A DNA stretch of 64,000 nucleotides from Pecten maximus. Lineage: Eukaryota. A program made the translations under genes and the position numbers. Position 1 is the first letter of the stretch; each line of letters starts with the position of its first letter. This document shows, piece after piece, positions 1-11,909 of this stretch. The stretch spans positions 28,024,001 through 28,088,000 of the forward strand of contig NC_047028.1 of the NCBI RefSeq assembly GCF_902652985.1. Direction: 5' to 3'. The notes under the pieces are model-generated. The model made no database searches, was not told the origin of the DNA, and worked only from the letters and a program-made list of their open reading frames with translations.

Positions 1-234
1 GTCTCATTTTGTTAGTTTGTATCAACGAGATAGCACTCGAAAGTAAACAAGACAATCGGCTTTTGCAAAATTGACCAAATTCAAATCCTTTAATATGAGG
101 CTCAATGTATCAAAAACTCAGCCCTCGTAATGTTCCTTCTTGCATCAATATGATGGATGTTACTCATTTAGAAGTATCCAACATATCAACCAATTACCTT
201 AAGTGCCTGTTAAGAGTTTATTTGTTGGTAACAG

Positions 235-322
235 GAGCGGTGTGCCAGTATGAACGCCTCAATGGTACGAGTAGAGGATGCTGCTGTGCATCTTACTCTC
301 CAACAGGAAATGGCAAGAAGGG
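235..322 (+). CDS. C-type lectin domain protein (perlucin-like), internal exon; upstream exons lie outside the window
   Basis: acag|GAG acceptor and G|gtacgt donor. Translates ERCASMNASMVRVEDAAVHLTLQQEMARR(G), the first Cys and helix region of a CTLD. Phase 1 matches the next exon. Confidence 0.8.
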
Positions 323-2127
323 GTACGTTTGAGTTTATTTTACGTTCTCATCAACAACGATCAGTTGATACAATCAGTTGATACAATCAGGTTTATCAAA
401 ATGCTGCACTAGCTGAAAGGATTATACAAAACACACACAATGTATTTACATCTTTTAAAACATATTTAGAGTTAGATGCAGGAGAGCATAACTGAGTAAT
501 ACTGTATAATATGGGTGTTTAGTCCTTGTAGGACTCTTCTGTGATGTTAAGGGCCTAAAGTGTTAATGAAAGGAGGCGAGGAAAAATAAAACTCGTAAAA
601 GAAAGTAAAATTATTACTTATACATAAAAAGAATAGTATACCAATTACATCAACGCCTTTATCTAGATACTGCCTTATCTATTTATCTAAAAAAAAAAAA
701 ACATGTTGGATGTCATATTCAAAATAGATTTTGAATAATTGATATGAATTCAGCATGGCAATGAATTACCATTATTTAGATAATTTCACAACAGTCAGAT
801 CTGTAATTGTAACTCAAACAGAGTACTTAAGAAAACTGCATTTCTGTTTTCTTCTTAAGTGCTTCGCAAAAACGATATCGCAAAGTTTTGGCAAGAAATA
901 GTTCTCTTAGGGTAATTCAACTATTGTACGTGTATGGATATGCAATGTTCATTATGTGCCGGGTAACAGGCCCATAATATTCTGATGCGGTACAGTACTC
1001 TATGTTTAACACATATTAATGTAAATTTCAAGATTGATATGATGGCACAGAAACGAAATCAGTCTGGAAAACAGGTCAGTACAGACATATGTGTGTCAAT
1101 GATGGGACAAAGAAAGATCAATGGAAGAAATTGGAAAAGATTCTTTTGAAACAAGATTTTCATCCTTACGTCAATCGAATCATAGAAATAGTGATGTTGG
1201 GTATTTGGATATAGATATATTGAAAATGTTCTAATCTTTGTTATCATGTTGCTAAACTAAAGGTTTAAGCTTTCATATATCATAGTAAATGATCCTGAAA
1301 CCATTCCCATGCTTAAACCTGAAATCTGTGCTCAACCATTTTTTAATCCCGTTTAAATCATGAAATGTCAGTTAGGAAAATAAAACTTTTACATTGAAAA
1401 TAATACAACACTTGAACTGTATCAATAATTCGTTCAAATAACTGAAAACAAAGATCAGATATCAAATTTATCGCCAAAAATATTGAGCATGAAATGTGTA
1501 TTCAAACACAAGTACAGCTTTATGAATACCGGCCATAAACAAAGGATAGCTCTTGGCTGTAGTAATTTAGTTCTAATAAATGAAACAATTATATGATACT
1601 TGTTTGGTTCAGATGATAAATAAATGTCGATTCGTATTTCTTTAACCATTTGTATGAATTATTGACGGGTTATTTACAATAACATACATATATGTTAATT
1701 ATTGAGACTCTCTGAACTTCGCTTGTTAGGGTTTTTATAGGAGTTTTTTTAACTGATAAGTGTTTGTTTGTTTGTTGTTTTGTTGTTGTTTTGTTTTTTT
1801 AGAGGGGGGGGGGGGGGGGGGGGGGGGTTAGATGATGAATTCCTATGAAACTTTAAGTGGGGTCAGCTTGGCGATCATAAAATTGACAATGTAAATTAAA
1901 GTCATTGGGAAAACCTATTAAACACAACACTTCATTTACTTGAAAATTATCGTTTCATCAAGTTCACAAATCGGCCCTTTATATGATAATATATAAAATA
2001 ATCACTATGACTGAATTGTTCGGCCATGAAAACAAATTTTGATATCATAAAATTAGTGTGCGACGCATGCTGTTCCATTTACACAACGTTATGCAATTGA
2101 TTAAACAACCAAATATCTTATTGACAG

Positions 2128-2339
2128 GTATTACACAAATATGGATTGCTGCAAACGAAAGAGGGACAAAAAACCATTGGGTCTGGGGTCCTGGCGATCC
2201 GGTGGTGAATGAAGGGTGGGCACCCGGTGAACCATTTGGTTTCAACAAAGAATGCGTCATCCTTAAGACGAATGGTTGGAATGATGTGAATTGTGTCAAC
2301 TTTGTTAGCAACGCCGTGTGCGAAGCCAGTGCCTTATAA
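2128..2339 (+). CDS. C-type lectin domain protein, terminal exon
   Basis: gacag|GT acceptor. Translates ITQIWIAAN..WVW..W.PGEPF..ECV..WNDVNC..AVCE..AL*, with WIG-like, EPx, WND and C-terminal Cys motifs of a CTLD. Confidence 0.9.
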
Positions 2340-5074
2340 TATTTCATCCTAGTCTAAAGAAGCTTCTGTTTTATGATGTCTTCTCCAGAATACGTATTCT
2401 ATTATGTATTTGGAATTACAATTTGGAATTGTAGACACTCGTTAAATTATGGTAAGTGTCAATGTAGGGCGACGGTCCAACATTAACCTTAGCCGATGTC
2501 AAGTTGTTATAAATATACATATGGTGAAATTCAAAAGATAGATTATTTAAAGATAACGGTGTACTATATAATAACAAAAACAAATTGTTGAATTGATTCA
2601 CGTTATCATCGCGTTATCATCAGTTCGATATGAAACGTTACACTACATAAAATGATTACACTATTGTGAATAGCATCATAGCAGGTGCCAGTTGTCATTC
2701 CATTTCCTGTGCGAGATTAATATAATCTTTAATTCCCTTGAGAGTGAGACAGGTGTATCTCAGCCTAAAGAGAAGATTCTTAAATTGCCAAATTCGATGC
2801 AGCTTAAGAATCTTACCCCATAGGAAGAGATCACCTGTCACATTCCCAATGCAAGGGGCTGAATGATTATTTTCTTTTTCCCTGTGTACCCTCGTTTATA
2901 TCTGATATTGCCGTTACATCAATGCAAGACAATGCTGACGAAATGTAGATAAAGTGCACAGGTCATGTTGATTGGTTACATACAAACGATGCTTCCTAGC
3001 TAGTGTATAATCACAATATATCTACAGGAATAAGGTATATTTCCTATGTACTCTCCAAGGTCGCAACGACAAAATTATTATTGCAAATATTTGAGGAGAC
3101 GAATGAGAAATCATTCAGCGCTACCACTTTAAACAGTCTACAGTGTTATCTTATTAAATTATTTATAGTTTTAACAGGTAATGAAACAGTTTTCGGTAGT
3201 GCTTTTACACATAGTTTATACTAAATTAAATCCACGGCTTGGTCCCGTCTTTGCAATTTTGATGATTTGTTGAGATAGTACCTGTCAGATGCTTTAGGAG
3301 AACAAATGTATTTTAGCCTGTAGAACTACGACTTGATCGGCAGAGGGAGGGAACTCCATCATAACAAACCTACGTTTTGGAATTTTCCACACGCCGAGGA
3401 GCAGATAACAAGCATAGTAGAATGTGTATAAATTAATTCGAATTTCTTAATGATGAAATACGTCTTGATCAAAGATTTGTTCACTTTTTTAACATTTTTT
3501 CATATACAGACGTATTCGCATTATCAAATTAATTAATCATATCCTCGTTCGTGAGAAGGAAAGTGTGTTATTATGTTTTCACAGCTTCTACAATAAATAA
3601 AATTATATTCTTTTCAAATTTACGCCTTTAAGTTTACCTTTGTTGCATTTTCGCGCCATGTTATTGGAAATGTACATACGGTAGACAGCCGATGAAAGTT
3701 TAACTGGCTTTAACAATTTTAGAGACAAAGTCATGGAAGGTTTTACAAAATTTCATTGGAATAGGTTCAGAGGTTTCTGAGAAGAAGTCGAAAATGTAAA
3801 TTGTTTCCGGACGCACGACTGACAACGCCAGACAAAAGACGATTAAAATAGATTGCTTGAGCTTTCGAAATTTTGAAACAGGTTTACCGTCATATCACAA
3901 CATAAAACTGAGTAATTTGAATAAGACCACGATGTCGACCATATATACTTCCCATGGTCTTGGTCAATCGGCATTGCAGGTGAAAATGATGTCTTTTAAC
4001 CTTCTCCTTGCTATCAATCAAAGTGCGCAGTAAAAACAAAACCAACAATGTCTGCTTCGGAGAAACATTTATTTTAATAGATACAAGGATAACGCAAACA
4101 ATACATCCATTTTATGTAGTCAAACAGTTGAAAACATTAACTATAATCTCTTAACATTTCCAGGTAACACACAACATTACTGAACCGTCATACTAATCAC
4201 AGATACATATTAAGAACAAATGCTTCCTTTACTTCGTTTCCTATATCTAAGTCAATAAATTTTCCAATTCCGTTAAATATCGGGGCATGAGAACGAGAAA
4301 ATATTGACCAGACCATCTTTCCTGATAAGCTTGTGAAGCATATAAATCTGTTTATATAGGCCCTAAGTAAAACTAACAAGACGATATCCAACATAAATTT
4401 AAAATTTATTGAAGCACTCATCTACATTGTTTTCTGTACTGTCTTATTTAGTATTTACTTTTTAGCGTTTGCATAATCAAAACGTGTGTGCATACTGCAT
4501 TCCTGTAAAGTAGAATGTGTTATGACGTTTTATGACGGTGTCACCATTAAATAGACAACGAGTGACTAGAACAAAAACAATCGTAGAGGCATCACAATCA
4601 AACTAATAAGGACTCTTCCAGAATAAAACTAATAGCATCCGGGTTGCCAAAAACCTTTTTCATATTGAACAGAGCCAGTTTTAATATTTTACCGACTATC
4701 TAATGAGAACTAAACAATGAAAAAGCCATGCATTGGAACGGAGTCAGATCGCACAGGCATTACCAATGACCCTTATTTGTACAAACATTGTCGCGTTAAA
4801 AGAGAAGATAAAGGTATCCGTTATGAAGACTACTTTAATACTTAAACGATACTAAATACTAAGAAACAGTAAAAGCAACCAACGTTTGATACTAAGATTA
4901 ATCCGGAGCGTTGTATATTCAAAATAATGACGTTTTGGAAGAACGGCTGACGTTAACATTAGATTTGCAGAGCTAGTGGGGGTAAATATATCAGTTTTCG
5001 GTAAAACACACTAACCCGAAATTAGTATGACTGGATATTGATAAAACGAAATGTCAGGCAGCATGGAAATAATT

Positions 5075-5914
5075 CCCCAAAGAACAGATAACTTAGAAAT
5101 TATCCCACAAGGAGGAGATAACTAGCTAATTATTACGCCAAATGAAAATATCTAGGTTATTATTCCACCACAAGCAGATAACTGGGTGATTATTCCATCA
5201 AGGGCAGATAACTAGGTAATTATTCAACCGAGAGCAAATAACTAGGTAATTATTCAACAACTAACAGATAACTAGGTAATTATTCTACCAAGAGCAGATC
5301 ACTAGGTAATTATTCAACCGTGAGCAAATAACTAGGTTATTATTCAACCGAGAGCAAATAACTAGGTAATTATTCAACCACGAACATATAACTAAGTAAT
5401 TATTCCACCAAAAGCAGATAACTAGGAAATTATTCCAACAAGAGCAGATAACTAGATAATTATTCAACAACGAACAGATAACTAGGTAATTATTCCACCA
5501 AGAGCAGATCACTAGGTAATTATTCCACCAAGAGCAGATAGCTAGGTCATCAGTCTACAAACAGCAGATAACTAGGTAATTATTCCACAAAGAGTAGATA
5601 ACTAGGCAATTATTCCACCAAGAAAATATAACTAGGTAATTATTCCACCAAGAGCAGATAACTATGTAACTATTCCACCAGGAGCAGATAACTAGGTAAT
5701 TATTCGACCACGAACAGATAACTAAGTCATTATTCAACAAAGAGCAGATAACTAGGTTATTATTTCAACAGGAGTAAAAAGCTAGGTAATAATTCTACCA
5801 ATGACAAATAACTAGATAATTATTCCACGAATACCGGTTACCCGCTAATTCTAACAAAGAGTAGACATCCCGGTAATTATTCCACAAAGATCAGAACATC
5901 CGGTTAATAATTCT
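5075..5914. repeat. 30-bp minisatellite (consensus TAACTAGGTAATTATTCCACCAAGAGCAGA); degenerate units resume at ~7454-7540
   Basis: Direct 30-bp periodicity. It accounts for the repetitive NNYLVICSW ORFs. Confidence 0.95.
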
Positions 5915-7453
5915 AAACAAGAGGCCCAGGGGCCTTAACGGTCATCTGACTCTAAATTAAAGACCCTTATAATATTGTAGTATGCATTCTCTGCAGGTTT
6001 AGTGGCACTGTTGTGCCTATTCCCCCCCCCCCGGCACGGGCCATCTGTTGATTTCGGCTGACATACGCCTGTCAAAACTATTAACAATCTTTGCAATGCC
6101 GCTGCGTCAGTATCATTTTCTGGTAAAGTTTGAGGCCAATCTCACCAAACTGTGAATGGAATTTGAGAAGATAGTGGTGGTAAAATACACGTGTTGTTTC
6201 GGAGGTAAAACATACATGATTAGAAAAGCGCAAATCATGTCAAAAAATGAAAATGGCCGCCGTGGTTGCCATTTCAAGTTTTTATGAGGCCGAAAAATAA
6301 CAACACTTTATTGGCTCTCTTTCCATAACATCCTCACCAATTTCCAGCTCAATCGCACCTGTGGAACTGGAGAAGAAGTTTAAAATGTGTTTTTCAAGAT
6401 GGTTGCCATGGCGGCCATCTTGGATTTCTGACCGACTTGAAAAATAACAACACTTGGTCAGGACAATCCCAGGATCATTTCTGGTAAGTTAGAGCTGAAT
6501 CCCACTGATGGAATTTGAGAAGAAGTTTGAAATAGGTGTTGTTAAGAAGAACCATGATTGCGCAATCATGTTACAAAATGGCTGCCATGGTTGCAATGTC
6601 GAAGTTTTTACGAAGCCGAAAAATAACAACACTTTATTGGCTCTCCTTCCTCAACATCCTCACCAATTTCCAGCTCAATTGCACCAGTGGAACTGGAGAA
6701 GAAGTTTAAAATGTGTTTTTCAAGATGGTTGCCATGGCGGCCATCTTGGATTTCTGACCGACTTGAAAAATAACAACACTTGGTCAGGACCATCCCAGGA
6801 TCATTTCTGGTAAGTTAGAGCTGAATCCCACTGATGGAATTTGAGAAGAAGTTTGAAATAGGTGTTGTTCAGAAAAACCATGATTGCGCAATCATGTTAC
6901 AAAATGGCTGCCGTGGCTGCCATGTCAAAGTTTTCACGAAGCCGAAAAATAACAACACTTTATTGGCTTTCCTTCCTTAACATCCTCACCAATTTCTAGC
7001 TCAATGGCACCAGTGGAACTGGAGAAGAAGTTTAAAATGTATTTTTCAAGATGGTTGCCATGGCGGCCATCTTGGATTTCTGACCGACCTGAAAAATAAC
7101 AACACTTCCTCAGGACCATCCCAGGATCATTTCAGGCAAGTTTCAGCTCAATCTCACCAGTGGAACTTGAGAGGAAGTTTCAAATGTGTTTTCAAAATGG
7201 CGGCCATGGCGGCCATCTTGGATTTCAGACTGACCCGAAAAATAACAACACTTGGTCAGGACCATCCAAGCATCATTTCAGGCAAGTTTCAGCTCAATCC
7301 CACTGGTGGAACTTGAGAAGAAGTTTGAAATGTCAAAAGTTTACGCACGGCGGACGGCGCACGGCGGACGGCAGACGGCGCACGGCGCACGACGACGGAC
7401 GAAACATGATGACTATAGGTCATCCTGACCCTTCGGGTCAGATGACCTAAAAA
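5915..7453 (-). mobile_element. Non-autonomous Helentron-associated element (HINE/DINE-type) with internal tandem array
   Basis: Sub-terminal inverted motif GGTCATCTGAC (5940-5950) vs GTCAGATGACC (~7437-7447). Terminal hairpin GGTCATCCTGACCC-TTC-GGGTCAGATGACC, GACG/CGG microsatellite (~7345-7400), internal repeats with 326-bp period, GGCCC..GGGCC stem next to AACAAG, A-rich (TT) insertion site without TSD. Confidence 0.8.
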
Positions 7454-10181
7454 CAATAGCTGATAACCCGGTAAATATTCCATCAAGATCAGACAACTCC
7501 GTTATGATTCAACCAAGAGAGGACCACCCGATATTTTTCTGACAGCAGTTTTGCTGTAGTGGCATATAAGAAACGACATACAAATGTCAAGCTATCTAAA
7601 TAATATGTACAATAAGATATTATTTTCAGGGAGATGCAAAAAATAAGATTATTTACATATCTACAAAGATTTTTTTGACTATCAGAACCTATCCTTGAAT
7701 CGCTCACTCTACTAATGAAGCTCAAGTTCTTCATTTAATTAACAACGGCTAGCATTATTTTAACGTTGGTGACTTTTGATGTTGAAAATGTCTCCAGAGC
7801 AGGTTTTTTAAGATAATTTATAAAAGACCTTTTTATTTACGAGTTACTCATAAGCTGGTATTATCTAACATGATTAAAGAGAGTGCGGAGAAGTATGGAT
7901 TCCGATATCAACCTCAACGCCACTTAACTGTGTAAAACCTGAAATACAGCGGGCATCTCTATTTGACGATATACTGTTGATGTAAATTTTCTTCGCAAAA
8001 ACGTGGGCTACCATAGCAATGAACATTGATAATGTTTATCGACAAATTCGGTTATCATTTCTTAACGAGAAATGATATATATCTTAAAGTAGATTGCGAA
8101 AGCTTTTTCACTTAACTCTTGATCTTACGGTTTATTAATGTTAGGGGAAAAGTCACACCATCAAACTTACTAAATAAAACAAAATAACCAGAAAACAGAG
8201 TTTCTGCTGACTGTCAGGTTTTCAGCAACAATATGCGGCAGTGTGTTAAATGTTTTTAATCTCCTGAGGCCTGCCTACCATGAAAATTGCATTGATCGTT
8301 GCAGATTATCAAACATTGCGCATATACTCAACAGTTTAGCACTGTCAAAAACCACATAATATAGTAATATTACAATAAATCACAGAAAATCTCAAGAATA
8401 TTTAAATTTTGCGATTGTGTCTCTCATTTGTGAAGACATGAATTCGCAATATAAACAATAATAGCCGTACACATCTTGCTTGAATCAATGTCCTTGAATG
8501 ACACGCTTGGCAAAACTATATAAACAATATCAAATGACTTAAAACATTACAATGGAAACGAATGAAGGATGACAAAAACATGAAAGTGAAACTACCCCTT
8601 TTATTAAATCGAACTAATCGGGGTGTGGAATATTGTCACCTTGGTAAAAATTGAAAGTAAACGAGAAACAACTACTTTCAAAGTGTTGTTTTGACAAATT
8701 TAGATGATACAGAAAAGGCGCTGGGATGAAATGCTTCCTTTTGTATTTCTTTACTCATGCAGAACTGACAAAATCAAAAGTCTCCCAAGTCTGAAGGCGT
8801 TCTGATTATAGTAATGTAAAATATGAAGGATGGCATGCGTAGTGATCATTACGCTACAACATCGATTCCTTTTAATTTTCTTTGTTTAATAAAAAAAAAC
8901 GTGAAATACACACATCAACCACGCACATCGCACACGAAACATCGCAATATGAGGATATATACGAAACCAAAGGATGATCAACAATCATATTTGTTCAAAA
9001 AAGGTAACAAGTTGACAACTAATCATTCAATTTGTGATAAGTGTGTGAGAGTATCGTTTGGGAAAAAAATGACGTTCATTATAACCGACCTTCACATCAG
9101 TCTTGCAAGAAATGTTGCTAATATGCATAAAAATATTAGCCTTGGTCTTTGCTCCTGTATGTGAGAAATGATGTGCACAGAGATATACAATTGTAACTTG
9201 TACAAAGTGTAGCCTACTGATTGGGGTCCGGCTCCACTCAGGCTGGTTCCTATCTGATATCACTTATTTATATATACAGATCTACAGCTAACTCATCTGG
9301 GTCAGAATGTGTATCCACATGTTTTGATAAGATAATACATAGATATTCCATTTTTAGGTCAACTGTGATTGCACTGTCACAAATACTGCGGAATAAATGG
9401 ATGTTACAAGGTATCAAATTGATGACGTTGGTTCTTAAAATTGGTCCCAAATTATCACTGAGGTAGTTGATCCCTTTTCATGTGTAAATTGCCGATACCT
9501 GAAAGTTAGATTTATTTTTATACCTCTTTCGACTTCAAACAGGTTTCGTTTCTATGACAAAGTATAGTTCTTTCAAACGTTTGGAAAATGTATCATTTCC
9601 AATTGGGAAATGTAATATTTGGAGATGTTCAATGCCGTACAAAATGTACACAACTTGTTCAAACGTTTAGAACACAATGCCTAATGAGTCAGACTAGCAA
9701 TGAGCAATAGAGTTCCAAATAAAAGCTGAATGGCTCGCGAACTACTCCTGATTTCTATTGTGCTATGAAAACCTTTTCACCATTTCATTCTGTCATGGAC
9801 GAGACGATGTCAAACGTATCACACTTCGATATATCACATATTTTCTGTCTTCCATCTGGTTTGTATATAAAGAACAATACACACATTCAGGAATGCTATC
9901 TTCTACTGGTTGAAGGTAACGGCGAAATGCTTAACGTGCAACTGCACAACAGAGTCTTTCCAGTGCCATACCCCCATGGTCTTTTTATCTGTACATTGGA
10001 GTCTCGTCCTTTTGAATCTTAATCTGAGTCATCTAGCAAATGTATGTCTCTAAGTATCTACCCAAATGGATTGGTTGTCTTCTTCCTAGTATTCAGATCG
10101 AGGTTACCATTGCCTCTCTGTAACAGAAAACCCATCATAGTAGTGTTTGTAACATCATGATAAGAATTTATGTCATATCAA

Positions 10182-10540
10182 TTAAAGATGCCACAGCGCC
10201 GACAGTGTATACTCTGCTTTTCACAGAATATAATAAATTGTCGCCCAATGTACATAAAGATATGTAATAAATACCAACAAACGGTAAACAAAATGTAACA
10301 AATTCCGTTAAGTGGTCAGTTCTTAGACCAAAAGTGACATTCCAAATATAGAGCCGGAATACCTATGGGATTCAATTATTCATTAATTCACTTAGAATTT
10401 CAAATATAACAAGATAAGCTTAAAACTTGTTGAGGGTGGTAATAGTGTTAACGTTTGATATTGCTTAAAACTACACAACAGCTGAATCTTGTTTTCAATC
10501 GATCATAATTACTATTTTGTCGGAGATGTAGCATTTATAA
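10182..10540. mobile_element. Degenerate TTAA-flanked MITE (Kolobok/piggyBac-like ends)
   Basis: Left TTAAAGATGCCACAGCGCCGACA is imperfectly inverted at right TGTCGGAGATGTAGCATTTATAA. Confidence 0.45.
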
Positions 10541-11376
10541 CTGAAGGAGAAAGGCAGGTTACATATACAAATCAAGACAGAAAGTTTGTCACATCTAAGA
10601 AACCATATATAATTAAATATCCACAAAATCATCAATTGATAAAGAATGGGAATAATACATCTCCTCTATATTGTAACATTTATTCTACATTTCTACATTT
10701 ATATGTTAATGCTTTGTCCCTAATATCACTGTCGAGTCCTAAAAAGATCAAACAGCGCGGTATTGTGCAGTTCTATATTCATTATTCGGCACATATCAGT
10801 TATTGAATTAATTCTAAAGTCATGTACATCTGTAAATCTTGTGTATAAACCAAAAAAGTAATATACCCCAATAACAGGCCTTGAGAGAAAAGGCAAAACA
10901 TTATAATTCACATGATTACAAAAATACAGCATTGGATTTTCTTAATCCAATGTTGATTAATAGCAAATTATCCAATATGGGCTTCAGACATTACTTGGTT
11001 AAAATCCTTTTTTCTACTAGTATACAGGCGGAAAAACAACTTTTACATATATTTCTACTACTAGGCCAAACCCCAGCCCCAAGGTGACCAGACCCTCCAC
11101 CATTATATATATATTGTTGTCCCATATCCATTATATATATATTGTTGTCCCATATTACAGTGAAAAAATAAAATGAGAAACAAAGGACATTTCGAAGACA
11201 TAATGATTAATAAAAGAATTCTAACATCAGTCAACGCTAGTGATAAAAGTCCATAATATATTTCTTACGATGACATTAAATTACAATTCGATAATGACGA
11301 TGAAAGAACGAAAGTATACAAGAAAATAAATCTCGGTCTTTTATCTGAACCAATCCATGTAGTTTGCATATAAAGA

Positions 11377-11909
11377 CATAGGTGTCTGCTTCTGGGTAGT
11401 ACGTGTATTTATATGACAAAAATATAAGCACCTACTACTTTATCTACAAGGTGTAACACTTGAAAAAAACGTGGGGATGAGCGATGATTCAATTTGAATT
11501 AAAGTTCAATCCCACTGAAACATCAAATGCACACAAACTTCAGAAATTTACCTTGGTTTAGAATCCTTTAATATCAATACGTGGTATTATTTTGTTGTTT
11601 GACAATGATTTCAATGATACAATGGACCAAAAGTGGTCGTGACAGCCGACGATGCATCGACTGTGGAACGTGGTAGTCTATATATTTTACAGTGGCATGC
11701 ACGGGGCTATCTGATTGGTCGACAGTTCTGTAAACAATACCAACTGTAATTGTCGACTAATCTGACTGTCCGTTTCAGATCTTAGATAAGTTGCCTACTT
11801 CCGTTCCTCAGCCGATGCATCGTGTGATCTTCAAGTGTTACATCTTTTTGATGAAGGAATAGGGGTAACATGTCTTTCTATTAATACTAAACAGAAGCAG
11901 ACGCCTATG
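11377..11909. mobile_element. Non-autonomous TIR element
   Basis: TIRs CATAGGTGTCTGCTTCTG / CAGAAGCAGACGCCTATG (17/18 match). Flanks TAAAGA / TAAATA could be a 6-bp TSD with one mismatch. Confidence 0.65.

Noticed and set aside
1803-1827. Poly-G tract (also poly-C at ~57299 and ~59242) as functional G-quadruplexes
   Set aside because: Simple homopolymers, with no evidence of function from sequence alone.
5285-5740. NNYLVICSW ORFs, or a CRISPR-like array
   Set aside because: Head-to-tail 30-bp tandem repeat with no unique spacers, in eukaryotic DNA with no cas genes.
6508-7486. ORFs of 61-101 aa in the 326-bp array
   Set aside because: Incidental frames within the HINE internal repeats.
9500-10118. 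Possible decayed minus-strand coding sequence with a GYGTGKT (Walker A-like) string near 9955-9975
   Set aside because: Stops in all frames, incomplete GxxxxGKT spacing and no supporting motifs. It cannot be supported without TBLASTN/HMM searches.
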